Positions 13,740 through 27,014 of a stretch of DNA of 64,000 nt are shown one piece after another. The notes under the pieces were generated by a model. That model was not told the origin of the DNA. It made no database searches and worked only from the letters and a program-made list of their open reading frames with translations. The translations under genes were made by a program, and so were the position numbers. Within the stretch, counting starts at the first letter, position 1, and the number at the start of each line of letters is the position of its first letter. Source of the DNA: Scyliorhinus canicula (taxonomy: Eukaryota); assembly GCF_902713615.1 (NCBI RefSeq), contig NC_052153.1, forward strand, positions 142,553,772-142,617,771, in the 5' to 3' direction.

Positions 13740-13825
13740 AGGAAGCTCAGTCGGTTAGGCAGTTGGCAAGTGGATCAAATTAACCCCAACAGCATGGAGT
13801 TTGATTCCCATTCAGGCTGAATTAG
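13740..13825 (+). mobile_element. Degenerate tRNA-derived SINE head
   Basis: A-box-like AGCTCAGTCGG and B-box-like GTTTGATTCC; no complete cloverleaf. Confidence 0.35.
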
Positions 13826-15182
13826 ACTTGCCCATAGTTATAAAAAATCACAGCACTTTGTCATGGTTCGTTGAATAATTGGCATCGAATTGAATGGATG
13901 AATTTGATCACTCAAGTGATCAAAGTAGAATTCAGACTGATGAATCATGAACTAAAGTTTATTTCATAACATATTGATGATAATACAATTGGTAACATTT
14001 TAATATTAAACAATTAATGTAATCACGGTTGACATTATTAACTGGAATATCTGAGATGACATTTCAGATGTATGACAGTAATTCAGCAGTGATTGGACTT
14101 CGCTAACTACAAGCTAACAGAAATTCAGTGCCCGAGATTAATATAAAATTACCAAATACAGTTTAGACTATGGCTGTCGTTGAAAAGTTTACAGCATTAA
14201 ATAGTCAATCTATTGCAGAGGTTAGAAGTCTAGTTAATTCAGTTTATTTTTGATAAAGCTTGCAGTTTTGGTGAACAGTTATAGATTTATACAACCTGAT
14301 CCTATTGAAACAAGGTAATATGGTTTGGAGTGTAGCTTCCCTCAGGAATGCTTGGGTCCAGCTCCAGGATGAAAAATATTATGTTATAATAGTTGGATCT
14401 GTTCCTCATTTTTATTAGCTCTTGCTCGTATGGATCTTGCTTCAGCACTCAGGAACTAAACTCTTACATTCACATGATTTGCTGAACTATTTGTGTCTCT
14501 GTACCTTGTGAAGTTTTTAAATTCCTCTGAACTCTAGTATTCCCCTTTGCTCTAAAATATTCAATCCACTATCTCTGACCAACTTCTCTCTCTCCCTGAT
14601 CTTTTGTGCCAAAAACAGTGGGAGCAATTTTTGTTTGAGGTGTATATTTGGCAGCAAACCAGTTGGGAGGGTAAGAAATCGAACAGTACATCCATTATTT
14701 ACAGGCAGTCTAAAGCCCCTCAAAGGCCAGATACATTTTTCAATGGCAGCATGTGAAGAGTGAATTATTGAAGCAGTAGGCAGCATGGCATTGCCCAGGG
14801 CTTCCAGATTTCCGATGAAGTTCATAGAGTGAGGAAGAGTGAGGAATCCTTGCCAAGTTGGTCAGCTGTGGTTTAGAAAAAAAAACTTATCAGGACTTCT
14901 AAGAGAAAGCTCTTCTTTACAGCTCTCCAACTCTCGATATATTTCAGCCCAACCCTATTTTAGCTCCAGTATGAGAAACACTACCCAAGCCTCTCTTCCA
15001 ACACTACATCACAACTCCTCCTGTTTCATACAAACTCTCAATGCCTGCTATTCTTCTCACCCCTTCTTCCCTCTTTGCTCTCAGTGACACTTTCTGCTCC
15101 TTCCTCTCATCATTCACACTGTGCTAAACTGCTGCACACATCTTACAAAACTCAAAAGTGCGCACTAACCCACTCCTTAAAG

Positions 15183-15324
15183 GAGAAGCTACAAAATAAT
15201 CGAAAGGAGAGTAGAAGAATAGGAGCACATTTGGATACACTGTAAACTCTGCCACCATTAGAGATGCAGGTATCAGGATCATTGACAAGGAAGAATGTAG
15301 GATACATTGAAGGTATTCAGGATG
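15183..15324 (+). pseudogene. Decayed exon resembling the Myb/SANT-like accessory gene of PIF/Harbinger transposons
   Basis: AG|EKLQNNRKESRRIGAHLDTL*TLPPLEMQVSGSLTRKNVGYIEGIQD|GTGAGT; resembles the '..HNRRE...TGGG...LTPLEE.V......IEG.D' segment of NAIF1/MSANTD4-like proteins; one in-frame stop at 15243. Confidence 0.45.
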
Positions 15325-15372
15325 GTGAGTTTTTGGGAATCGTCTATTCCTTTGTTTTACTGAAATCTCTCA

Positions 15373-15400
15373 TACACACACACACACACACACACATACA
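15373..15400. repeat. (CA)n microsatellite
   Basis: Visible directly. Confidence 0.95.
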
Positions 15401-16227
15401 TACATGCACATGCCACCCCTCAAGCACCCTTACATGCATCCTTTACACTCCATACATTGACACCAATCTCAGACACGTAATATGTACAAATCCCCAACGG
15501 CATGGCAACCTGGCGTAGTATTGCACTTTAACTTATCTGTCACTTCTTCCCCTTGCCATTACATTTTAAACATTGTCACTCTGCCCTTTTCTAGGTCTTT
15601 CTGATGACTCAGCCCGACAGATGCATTGAGTGATGGGAAGAACCCACTCAAATATGTGGCGTCACTCACTCTCACTCTTCCAAGAATCAACATTTCACAG
15701 GTATAGAGCATGATTTTGCATGGTGTACACCAGGGGATTTAATGAGCACACATGAGTGGATACAGTTACAAATGACAACTGTGTAGTCGGCTCATCTGAG
15801 GACAAGGTGGTTACTCAGATCTGCTGAAGGGGACAGGGTTACAGTAGTTAATCGCCCTGCATATAAAAGAATGATGTTACCATGCACTTACAATTGCTGA
15901 ATGTATTGAATCACCAACCAGAAGGATTTATACTTATCAGAGAATGTGAAAGAGTTCGCTACTTGTGTGACTTTTGCAGGTATGGCATTGACATTTAGAG
16001 CAATCAATCTTGGAGCAATGGATGTTGCGGTAGGATATCACTGGATAGTGAATGAGCCATCATGGGTGGGTAAAGGTGCATGGGTGGGCACAGGAGTGGG
16101 GTGGGGTGCGTAGTTGTGAGCTGTGTTTCCTCTCATTTTTCTTTGTTGTACAGGAAAATTGGAACATAGGAATTGGGATCAGGAGTAGGCTATTTGGCTC
16201 CTTGAGCTTTCTCCGCTACCATTCAAT

Positions 16228-19047
16228 CAAAGAACAAAGAAAATTACAGCACAGGAACAGGCTCTTCAGCCCTCCAAGCCTGTACCAACCATGTTGCCCG
16301 TCTGAACGAATAACCCCTCTCCTTTGGGGACCATATCCCTCTATTCCCATCCTATTAATGTATTTGTCAAGATGCCCCTTAAAAGTCGTATCTGCTTCCA
16401 CTACCTCCCCGAAAGTGAGTTCTAGGCTCCCACCACCCTCTGTGTAAAAGACTTCCCTTGCACGTCTCCTTTAAACCTTGCCCCTTGCACCTTAAATCTA
16501 AGCCCCCGGGAAATTGACTCTTCCACCCTGGAAAAAGCTTCTGACTATCCACCCTGTCCGTGCCCCTCATAATTTTGTAGACTTCTATCAGGCCGCTCCT
16601 CAACCTCTGTCGTTCCAATGATAACAAACCAACTTTCTCCAACCTCTCCTCATAGCTAATGCCCTCCATACCAGGCAACATCCTGGTAAATCTTTTCTGT
16701 ACCCTCTCCGAAGCCTCCACATATTTCTGGTAGTGTGGCGACCAGAATTGAACACTATATTCCAAGTGCAACCTAACTAAGGTCCTACAAAGATGCATCA
16801 TGACTTGAACATTTTAAAACTCAATGCCTCGGTCGATGAAGACATGAATGCCGTATACCTTCTCTGCCTGTGTTGCCAATTTCAGTGTCCGGTGTACCTG
16901 TACAGCCTGATCCCTCTGCCTATCAATACTCTGAAGGTTTCTGCCATTTACTGTATATTTCCCATCTGTATTGGACCTTCCAAAATGCATTTCGTCACAT
17001 TTGTCCGGATTAAACTCCATTTGCCATCTCGCCTCCCAAGTCTCCAACCTCATCGCTATCCACAATTCCACTAACCTTTGTGTAGTCCGCAAACTTACTA
17101 ATCAAACCAGTTACATTTTCCTCCAAATCATTTATATATATTACAAACACCCAAGGTCCCATCACTGGTCATTGAGGAATGCCACTGGTCACAGTCCTCC
17201 ATTCAGAAATACACCCTTCCCTGCTACCCTCTGTCTTCTATGACCGAGTCAGTTCTGTATCCATGTTGCCAACTCACCTCTGATCCCGTGTGACTTCACC
17301 TTCTGTACCAATCTGCCATGAGGGGCCTTGTTAAAGGCCTTAATGAAGTCCATGTAGACAACATCCACTGCCCTACCCTCATCAATTATCTTTGTCACTT
17401 CCTCAAAAAACTCGATCAAGTTGGTGAGACACGACGTACCCTTCACAAAACCATATTGCCTTGCGAATACATCCACTTATTTCCAAGTGGGAGTAAATCC
17501 TGTCTCATTGAATCTTCTCCAATAATTTCCCTACCACTGACATAAGCTCACCGGCCTGTCATTCGCTGGATTATCCTTGCTACCCTTCTTTTTTTTCTTT
17601 TTTTTTTTTTAATTTAGATTACCCAATTATTTTTTCCATTAAGGGGCAATTTAGTGTGGCCAATCCACCTACTCTGCACATTTTTGGGTTGTGGGGGCGA
17701 AACCCACGCAGACACGGGGAGAATGTGCAAACTCCACACAGACAGTGACCCAGAGCCGGGATCGAACCTGGGACCTCAGCGCCGTGAGGCGGTTGTGCTA
17801 ACCACTTGCTACCCTTCTTAAACAAAGGAACAACATTGGCTAGTTTCCAATCCTCTGGGACCTCCTGTTTAGCCAATGAGGATACAAAGATTTCTCTGAA
17901 GGCCCGAGCAATTTCCTCTCTCAGCATTCCAGGGTATATCCCATTAGGCCCTGGGGACTTGACTACCTTAATGTTTTTCTAGGTCTCCAATACCTCCTGC
18001 GTTTTGATCTCAACATGACGCAAATAATCTGTACTCCCTTCTCCAGATTTATCATTCACCAAGTCCTTCTCTTTGGTGACGTAAAGTACTCATTTAATAC
18101 CTTGCGCATTTCCTCTGGCTCCATGCATAGATTTCCTCCCCTGTCCTTGAGTGGGGCCAACCCTCTCCTTGGCTACCCTCTTGCTCTTTATATATGTATA
18201 AAAAGCCTAGGGATTTTACTTAATTCTGCTGGCCAATGACTTTTTGTGACCCCATTTGGCCCTCCTGACTCCTTGCTTAAGTTTCTTTCTACTTTCCTTG
18301 TATTCCACACTTGCTTTGAATGCTGCCAGCCTCCTAGCCTTGACAAATGCTTCCTTTTTTCTTTTTGACTAGGCTCACAATATCTCTCATCATCCGAGGT
18401 TCCCGAAACAAGCCACATTTATCCTTCATCCTTACAGAAACATGCCGGTCCTGAATTCCTATCAACTTACAGTTGAAAGCCTCCCACATGCCACATGTTG
18501 ATTTGCCCTCAAACATCTGCCCCCAATCTACATTCTTCAGTTCTTGCCTAATATTGTTGTAATTAGCCTTCCCCCAATTTAGCACCTTTATCTGAGGACT
18601 GCACTTATCTTTATCTATCAGTACTTTAAAGCTTACTGAATTGTCGTCACTGTTCTCGCCCTGCTCCCGTACTGAAACGTTAGCAATCTGGCTGGGCTCA
18701 TTCCCTAATACCAGGCCCAGTACGGCCCTTCCCTAGTTGGACTATCTACATACTGCTTCAAGAAGCCCTCATGGATGCTCCTTACAAACTCTGCCCCATT
18801 CACACCCCTAGCACTAAGTGAGTCCCAGTCAATATAGGGGGAGTTAAAATCACCCACACAACAACCTTCTTACTTTTGCACCTTGCAAAATCTGCCTACA
18901 TTTCTGTTCCTTTATTTCCTGCTGGCTGTTGGGAAGCCTATAGTAAACCTCCAACATTGTGACTACCTTTCCTATTCCTGAGCTCTACCCATACTGCCTC
19001 TCTGCATGAGCCCTCCAAGGTGTCCTCCCACAGTACAGCTGTGATAT
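16228..19047 (-). mobile_element. CR1 LINE ORF2 (part of endonuclease, RT, tail), frameshifted
   Basis: LNWGKANY, EDWKLANVVPLFKKG, SCLTNLIEFFEE, HLEYSVQFWSP; AAAGAACAAAG tail repeat at about 16228. Confidence 0.9.
17591..17804 (-). mobile_element. Short poly(A)-tailed HE1-related SINE with 15-bp TSD
   Basis: T-run at 17589-17610 is poly(A) on the minus strand; CTTGCTACCCTTCTT at 17576-17590 and 17805-17819. Confidence 0.9.
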
Positions 19048-19879
19048 TCATGGCTGATATTCTGTCTCAAAGCCATTTCCCTGTACTATTCCCATATTAC
19101 CTGGTATATTTAATGTCTAGAAACTTACAGATCTCTGTCTTGAATATACTCAATGACTGAGCATCCGCAGTCTAATGGAGTAGAAAACTCCAAATAGTCA
19201 CCGTTCACTGAGTGAAGAAATTCCTCCTCATCTATTCTTATTCTGAGACTGTGTGCCCTGGTTCTAGATCCACCAAGGGAAGGAAACATACTTCCTGCAA
19301 CCACCCTGTCGAAACCTGAAGGAATTTTGTATTCTTCAACCAGATCACCTAGTCTCCACAATTTCTCCTCATAGCACAATCCCACCATCCCAGAGATCAG
19401 TCCGGTAAACCTTTGTTGCATTCCCTCAATGGAAAGTGTGTCCTTCCTTAGATAAGGAGACTAAAATTGTACACAATACTGCAGGAGAAGTCTCACCGAG
19501 GCTCTATACAATTCAAGCAAGACTTCTTTTCTCCTGCAATCAAATCCTCTTGCAATAATTTATCTTCTTAATTGCTTGTTGAACCTGCATACCAGCACTC
19601 AGTGTCTTATGAACACAGACACTCAAGTCCGTTTGTTTGTCAGCACTTTCCCATCTCTCAGCATTTTAGAAATATCTGCATTTCTGTTTTTCATGCAGAA
19701 GTGGAGAACTTTGCATTTTCCACATTATATTCAATCTGCCATGTTCTTGCCCACTCACATACTCTGTCTAAATCTCTTTGAAGCCTCTTTGCATCCTCCT
19801 CACAACTTACATTCCCACCTCTTTTTGTGTCATCTGCGAAGTTGGAAATATTGCAGTTGTTCCCCATGTCTAAATCATT

Positions 19880-20230
19880 TAGAATCATTGTATCATAGTA
19901 TTTACAGTGCAGAAAAAGACCATGCGGCCCATCGAGTCTGCACCGGCACTTGGAAAGCACATCCTAATTAAGCCCACACCTCCACCCTTCCCCCATAACC
20001 CAATAACCCTACCTAACCTTTTTTGGACATGAAGGGCAATTTAGTATAGCCAATCCACAAAACCTGCACACCTTTGGACTGTGGAAGGAAATCGGAGCAG
20101 CCGGAGGAAACCCACGCAGACACGGAGAGAACGTGCAGACTCTGCACAGACAGTGACTCAAGCCAGGAATCGAACCTAGGACCCTGGAGTGTAAAGCAAC
20201 TGTGCCAACCACTGTGCTACCGTGCCACCG
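19880..20230 (-). mobile_element. HE1-type SINE
   Basis: Head, core and tail match the other copies. Confidence 0.85.
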
Positions 20231-20521
20231 TTTTTATATATATATATGGATTTATATAGATTGTGAAAAGCTGTGGTCCTAGCACCAACCCTAATGGTAT
20301 TCCACTCATCACAGCCTGCTCTCCCTTTTATGTCAACCAATTCTCAATCCAAACCACTATATTATTTCCAATTCCAAGTGATCTAATTTTGTTTATTAAC
20401 CAGCTGTGTGGAACCTTATCAAAAGCCTTCTGAAAGTCCAAAGACAGCACATCCACGGGTTCTCCTTTATCTGTAGAGTGAGTAACATCCTCAAAACACT
20501 GCATCAAGTGTGTCAAACATC

Positions 20522-21152
20522 GGGCGGGATTCTCCGAACCCCCCCGCCGGGTCGGAGAAACGGCAGTGGGTGGCATGAATCCCGCCCCGTCATTCCAACG
20601 CCGGCTGCTGAATTCTCCGGTGCCGTTTTTCGGGCGGGGGCGGGGATTGCGCAGCGCCGGTCGGGGGCCGTTGGCAGCGGCCCCCCTGGCAATTCTCTGG
20701 GCTCCACTGGGCCGCATGGATTAGACATGGTTAATACCGGCGGGACCTGGCTTGGAGGGCGGTTAGCAGGGTCCTCGGGGGGATCTGCCCCAGGAGGGGT
20801 CCCCATGGTGGCCTGGCCCGCGATCGGGGCCCACCGATCTGTGGGCGGGCCTGTGCCGTGGGGGGCACTCTTTCCCTCTGCGCCAGTCTCTGTAAGGCTC
20901 TGCGATGGCTGCCGCGGAGAAGAAATCCCATGCACAGGAAACATGCCAACGGTTCTACGCATGTGCCAGAACAGGCTGGCGGTCCTGCGCATGCGCAAAC
21001 CCACACCAGCCAGCGGACGCCCTCCAGCGCCAGCCTAGCCCCAGGAAGTGTGGAGGATTCCACAACGTCCAGGTGGTCTGACGCCGAAGTGGTTCACGCC
21101 GCTCTTTGGCACCAGTACGGGCCGCCCCGCTGATTCTGGGAGAATCCCGGCC
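20522..21152. mobile_element. Harbinger-like MITE, about 630 bp
   Basis: TIRs GGGCGGGATTCTCC and GGAGAATCCCGGCC; flanks ATC/ATG; removing it restores CR1 GTCAAACATGATTTCCC; related to 49335-49953. Confidence 0.85.
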
Positions 21153-21634
21153 ATGATTTCCCTTTCATAAACCCATGTTAAATGTGCCCAATCATATCAT
21201 CATTGTCCAAGTGTCTGGTTTTCACATACTTTATAATAGATTCTAACATTTTCCTAACTACTCGCATTTTTTCAATTAATTTTTCTGGGAAGTGGGCTTC
21301 GCTGGCTAAGCATCAAACTAACAGTTCTTAATTCTGTTTTCTCCCTCCCTCCCTCCCATCTTAAATAGTGGGGTTATATTTGCTACTTTCCAGTCTGCCA
21401 AAACCTGTAGAATTTTGAAAGATAACTGCCAATGCATCCACTTTCTCCATAGCTACCTCATTCAACACTCTGGGATGTACATCATCAACATCCAGGGGAT
21501 TTATAAACCTTTGGTCTGATTAATTTTTTGAGTACTACCTATTAAATAATACCAATTTCTTTCAATTTCATTATTTTCACACGTCCCTTTGTTCCCTAGT
21601 ATTTCTGGGAGATTTACTTTATCATCCTCCATGG

Positions 21635-22128
21635 TCCTCCAAAAATGTGCAGGTTAGGTGGATTGGCCATGCCTAATTGACCCTTCCTGTCCAAAGACTA
21701 GCAGTGTTACATAGGGTGGGGATTGGGCCGATGTAGGATGCTCTTTCAGTGAGGCAGTGCATACTCAATGGCCAAAATAGGCTCCTTTTATGCTGTGGGG
21801 ATTCTATACCCACGATAGCACAAGTGGATAGCACTGTGGCTTCACAGCGCCAGGGTTCCAGGTTTGATTCCCCGTTGGGTCACTGTGCGGAGTCTGCATG
21901 TTCTCCCTGTGTCTGCTCCGGTTTCCTCCGGGTGCTCCGGTATCCTCCCACAGTCCAAAGGCGTGCAGGTTAGGTGGACTGGCCATGCTAAATTGCCCTT
22001 AGTGTCCAAAAAGATTAGGAGGGGTTATTGGGTTGTGGGGATAGGGTGGAAGTGAGGGCTTAAGTGGGTCAGTGCAGACTCGATGGGCTGAATGGCCTCC
22101 TTCTGCACTGTATGTTGTATGATTCCAT
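21635..22128 (+). mobile_element. Two adjacent or nested HE1-type SINEs (truncated 21635-21806, full 21812-22125)
   Basis: Two core-plus-tail units in tandem inside CR1. Confidence 0.8.
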
Positions 22129-22512
22129 GATGAAAACAGACACAAAATCATTATTTAATTTTCTGCTTTTTCCACATTCTACATTTTAACTTCCACTGTC
22201 TTTGACAGACATTTGTTCTTGCTAATCTTTTCCTTCTCAATGCCTGAAGAAGGTTAACAGTCCACCTTAAGTTTCCCACTAACTTGCTCTGATATCTCTT
22301 TTCCCCTAATTTATCAGTTTCTTGGTCCCCCTTTGCTATATTCTAAATTGCTCCCATTCCTTAGGTTTACCACTTTTTCTAGCAACCTTAGAAGCCACCT
22401 GATGTAATGCATTTTTAAAAATTTCTTTTGTGAGCCAAGGTTGATTCATCTTTCCTGTTTGTTTTTTGTGTCTTTCTCTTTGTGCCATTTCCCCTCCCTG
22501 ATGTGTTACATT

Positions 22513-23930
22513 GGCCAGGATTCTCCATTTGGGAGACTATGGACTGGATTTTTAGGTTTTGAGGCTATGTCCGGATCATGTGTCTAGTATTACGACCAAC
22601 ACGTTGGCGCCGGCCCGCACGGATGTTCTGCCCGGTGGGGGGCTAGCAGCCGCTCTACGTAAAACTCCTAGCTTTGCCTACAGATACGGATGGAGAATTG
22701 CCGTGTCTGTGGCTGCGCTTGCTCTCGGCGGTGACCTGCAGTGGTCACGCCGTACAGCATTGCGCCGGCCGCGCATGGATAAGGCCTGCAAGATAATGCC
22801 CCCCTGTAACCCCCTTCACCACCCCCGGACGACCCCCCATTATCCCCCCAGCCCCCACCGAAGCCCTCCTAGTGAGCGGAATGGCACCCTACCCCCCAAC
22901 TGTGGCGCCACTGGACACAGGCCGCGGCCACCACGCGAGGTTGATGAAACCTCAGACCACAAGTGATCCACGTAGTCGGGAAGTTCGCCCATCAGGGGCG
23001 GAGCATCGGGGGAGGGCCTTTAGGTGACGTCCTGAGGCTGTCCCAACGGCATGCTGCGAACTCACCGATGATGCCGTTTTGGAGAGGGCGGAGCATCTGA
23101 AAATCGGCGCCAACCCCAATATTGGCATCAAAGGGATTCTCCGGCCAATCGCCGAATGTGATTTCAGCATCGGCAATAGGAGAATCCCTCCCTATGTTGT
23201 CCCGCTGGAGGTAACTTTGAACTGATTTGCGCTCCCAGATCAGGAAGCAATTCGGTATCCCTCACCATGCAAATTTCTGCATGGCGAGGAATACGAGGGG
23301 TGAGGGAATCCCTTCCCTGGGTTGTCTGTTCAGGATAGCTGTCAACAAAATGCTGTCAATTTCCAGCTCAGCACTTCAAAATGACTCAAGTGAAGGGAGG
23401 TGATTGGAATGCACTTACCTCTCTTTAACATGGCTGATTTTTGTAAATATTGCGGTTGCAGCACTTTGGAGTTACTCATCCATAAAGGGAGATGAATGAA
23501 CCAAGGCTCACACTTGTGTTTGTGGAAGTTGTCACTCACAGCCTACTAAGTGAAATGAATGAATGGCTTGAACCTAAAGGATATGAAGGGTTTAGACACA
23601 GGTGGGGGTTCCATATTCAGGGGGTCAAGGGGGTCCCCCTACTAAGAAGGTCCTGGGGGTTCTTCTATTCAGGGGGACTCTGGGGGGTCACCCTATTCAG
23701 GGAGTCTCTGAGGGGTGGTTCTCCCTATTAAGGGGCTCTGCATGGTGGCCTCCCTATCTAAGGGTTCCTGTGTTTTAGGGAGTACCTGGGGGGGGGGGGG
23801 GGGGGGGAGTCGTGGTATGAAGTGTTGGGCAGGTCATGTCTTGTCGGGGGGGGGGGGGGGGGGGGGGGTTGGGTGTAGGCTGGCCCATGGATGTACTTTT
23901 GGGGATACTACTTTAAAGAGTAAAGAGCAG
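22513..23930. mobile_element. Older TIR element (left TIR at 22513, right end not found) with G-rich interior
   Basis: ATT then GGCCAGGATTCTCCATTTGGGAGAC, the reverse complement of the end of 50049-50323; G-runs at about 23787-23868. Confidence 0.5.
22541..23192. mobile_element. Harbinger-like MITE nested 28 bp inside another TIR element
   Basis: GGACTGGATT...GGAGAATCCCTCCC with TAT on both sides (22538-40, 23193-95). Confidence 0.85.
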
Positions 23931-25514
23931 ATCAATGACCTTAAGCCAAGGTTCCTCCATCTGCCAACTCTTACTGCAGATGTGTTTGTCTTGGATCACA
24001 CAGAGGTCCACAACTCCCATATACAGCCACTTCAACATTCCACCTTCCCTCCAAGTCTTTGCAGTATTAAAATTATTAATTAATCTACTGATTACATTTT
24101 AATTGATATCTCTCATCCTGCCTGTGTTTATATTCTTACTTCAATATATGCTAGATATACTCCCATCAAAATATGATGGTTACGATAACAGGAAATGCTC
24201 ACCAGCTAATCTAATCGAATCTTATAAACCTTACAACCACTAATAGAACCTTATAATTACTAAAATTATCTGAATTTGGAATGATGAATGAGAAAAATAC
24301 TCTGAACAGTAACGTACACCTTTCTTGTGAGGTCACACTTTGAATATTCTCAGAACACCGTTGGTCTGCTCTGAAGCCACAGAATAGAGTGGATTGGACT
24401 GGACAGCTCGATAAGATGCTGTTGTCTGTCACTGTGTCCCCCTCCATCCCGATCCCCTTCTTTCCCGCTCTATAAGATGCTGCTGTCTGTCACTGGGTCC
24501 TCCTCTCTCTCTCGCTCTGTAAGATGCTGCTGTCTGTCACTGAGTCCCCCTCTCTCCCGCTCTATAAGATGCTGCTGTCTGTCACTGAGTCCTCCTCTCT
24601 CCTGGTCTATAAGATGCTGCTGTCTGTCACTGAGTCCCCCTCTCTCCCGCTCTATAAGATGCAGCTGTCTGTCACTGAGTACTCCTCTCTCCTGGTCTAT
24701 AAGATGCTGCTGTCTGTCACTGAGTCCCCCTCTCTCCCGCACTATAAGATGCTGCTGTCTGTCACTGAGTCCCCCTCTCTCCCGCACTATAAGATGCTGC
24801 TGTCTGTCACTGAGTCCCCCTCTCTCCCGCTCTATAAGATGCTGCTGTCTGTCACTGAGTCCTCCTCTCTCTCGCTCTATAAGATGCTGCTGTCTGTCAC
24901 TGAGTCCACCTCTCTCCCGCACTATAAGATGCAGCTGTCTGTCACTGAGTCCTCCTCTCTCCTGGTCTATAAGATGCTGCTGTCTGTCACTGAGTCCCCT
25001 CTCTCCCGCACTATAAGATGCTGCTGTCTGTCACTGAGTCCCCCTCTCTCCCGCACTATAAGATGCTGCTGTCTGTCACTGAATCCCCCTCTCTCCCGCT
25101 CTATAAGATGCTGCTGTCTGTCACTGAGTCCTCCTCTCTCCCGCACTATAAGATGCTGCTGTCTGTCACTGAGTCCTCCTCTCTCTTGCTCTATAAGATG
25201 CTGCTGTCTGTCACTGAGTCCCCCTCTCTCCCGCTCTATAAGATGCTGCTGTCTGTCACTGAGTCCCCCTCTCTCCCGCTCTATAAGATGCTGCTGTCTG
25301 TCACTGAGTCCACCTCTCTCCCGCTCTATAAGATGCTGCTGTCTGTCACTGAGTCCTCCTCTCTCCCGCTCTATAAGATGCAGCTGTCTGTCACTGAGTC
25401 CTCCTCTTTCCCGCTCTATAAGATGCTGCTGTCTGTCACTGAGTCCCCCTCTCTCCCGCTCTATAAGATGCCGCTCTCTGTCACTGAGTCCCCCTCTCTC
25501 CCGCTCTATAAGAT

Positions 25515-27014
25515 AAGAACATAAGAACTAGGAGTAGGAGTAGGCCATCTGGCCCCTCGAGCCTGCTCCGCCATTCAATTAGATCATGGCTGATCTTTTG
25601 TGGACTCAGCTCCACTTTCCGGCCCGAACACCATAACCCTTAATCCCTTTATTCTTCAAAAAACTATCTATCTTTACCTTAAAAACATGTAATGAAGGAG
25701 CCTCAACTGCTTCACTGGGCAAGGAATTCCATAGATTCACAACCCTTTGGGTGAAGAAGTTCCTCCTAAACTCAGTCCTAAATCTACTTCCCCTTATTTT
25801 GAGGCTATGCCCCCTAGTTCTGCTGTCACCCGCCAGTGGAAACAACCTGCCCGCATCTATCCTATCTATTCCCTTCATAATTTTAAATGTTTCTATAAGA
25901 TCCCCCCTCATCCTTCTAAATTCCAACGAGTACAGTCCCAGTCTACTCAACCTCTCCTCATAATCCAACCCCTTCAGCTCTGGGATTAACCTAGTGAATC
26001 TCCTCTGCACACCCTCCAGCGCCAGTACGTCCTTTCTCAAGTAAGGAGACCAAAACTGAACACAATACTCCAGGTGTGGCCGCACTAACACCTTATACAA
26101 TTGCAACATAACCTCCCTAGTCTTAAACTCCATCCCTCTAGCAATGAAGGACAAAATTCCATTTGCCTTCTTAATCACCTGTTGCACTTGTAAACCAACC
26201 TTCTGTGACTCATGCACTAGCACACCCAAGTCTCTCTGAACAGCGGCATGCTTTAATATTTTATCGTTTAAATAATAATCCCGTTTGCTGTTATTCCTAC
26301 CAAAATGGATAACCTCACATTTGTCAACATTATATTCCATCTGCCAGACCCGAGCCCATTCACTTAACCTATCCAAATCCCTCTGCAGACTTCCAGTATC
26401 CTCTGCACTTTTCGCTTTACCACTCATCTTAGTGTCATCTGCAAACTTGGACACATTGCCCTTGGTCCCCAACTCCAAATCATCAATGTAAATTGTGAAC
26501 AATTGTGGGCCCAACACGGATCCCTGAGGGACACCACTAGCTACTGATTGCCAACCAGAGAAACACCCATTTATCCCAACTCTTTGCTTTCTATTAATTA
26601 ACCAATCCTCTATCCATGCTACTACTTTACCCTTAATGCCATGCATCTTTATCTTATGCAGCAACCTTTTGTGTGGCACCTTGTCAAAGGCTTTCTGGAA
26701 ATCCAGATATACCACATCCATCGGCTCCCCGTTATCTACTGCACTGGTAATGTCCTCAAAAAATTCCACTAAATTAGTTAGGCATGACCTGCCTTTTACG
26801 AACCCATGCTGTGTCTGCCCAATGGGACAATTTCTATCCAGATGCCTCGCAATTTCTTCCTTGATGATAGATTCCAGCATCTTCCCTATTACCGAAGTTA
26901 AACTCACTGGCCTATAATTTCCTGCTTTCTGCCTACCTCCTTTTTTAAACAGTGGCGTCACGTTTGCTAATTTCCAATCCACTGGGACCACACCAGAGTC
27001 TAGTGAATTTCGGT
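25515..27014 (-). mobile_element. Young 5'-truncated CR1 LINE, copy 1 (about 1.5 kb)
   Basis: (CATAAGAA)n tail at 25515-25528; uninterrupted RT frame; AAGAT duplicated at the junctions. Confidence 0.97.

Larger units (their letters stand above)
16160..22490 (-). mobile_element. Older CR1 LINE (tail 16160-16227, body resumes about 19048-22490) hosting several later insertions
   Basis: Tail split as ...CCATTCAATC / TCATGGCTGAT...; RT motifs DFQKAFDKVPH and FADDTK in the ORF track. Confidence 0.8.

Noticed and set aside
20328-21133. Overlapping GC-rich ORFs or CpG-island promoters (also 7392-8180, 49289-49980, 53190-53915)
   Set aside because: They coincide with MITE boundaries; high GC suppresses stop codons; no recognisable domains
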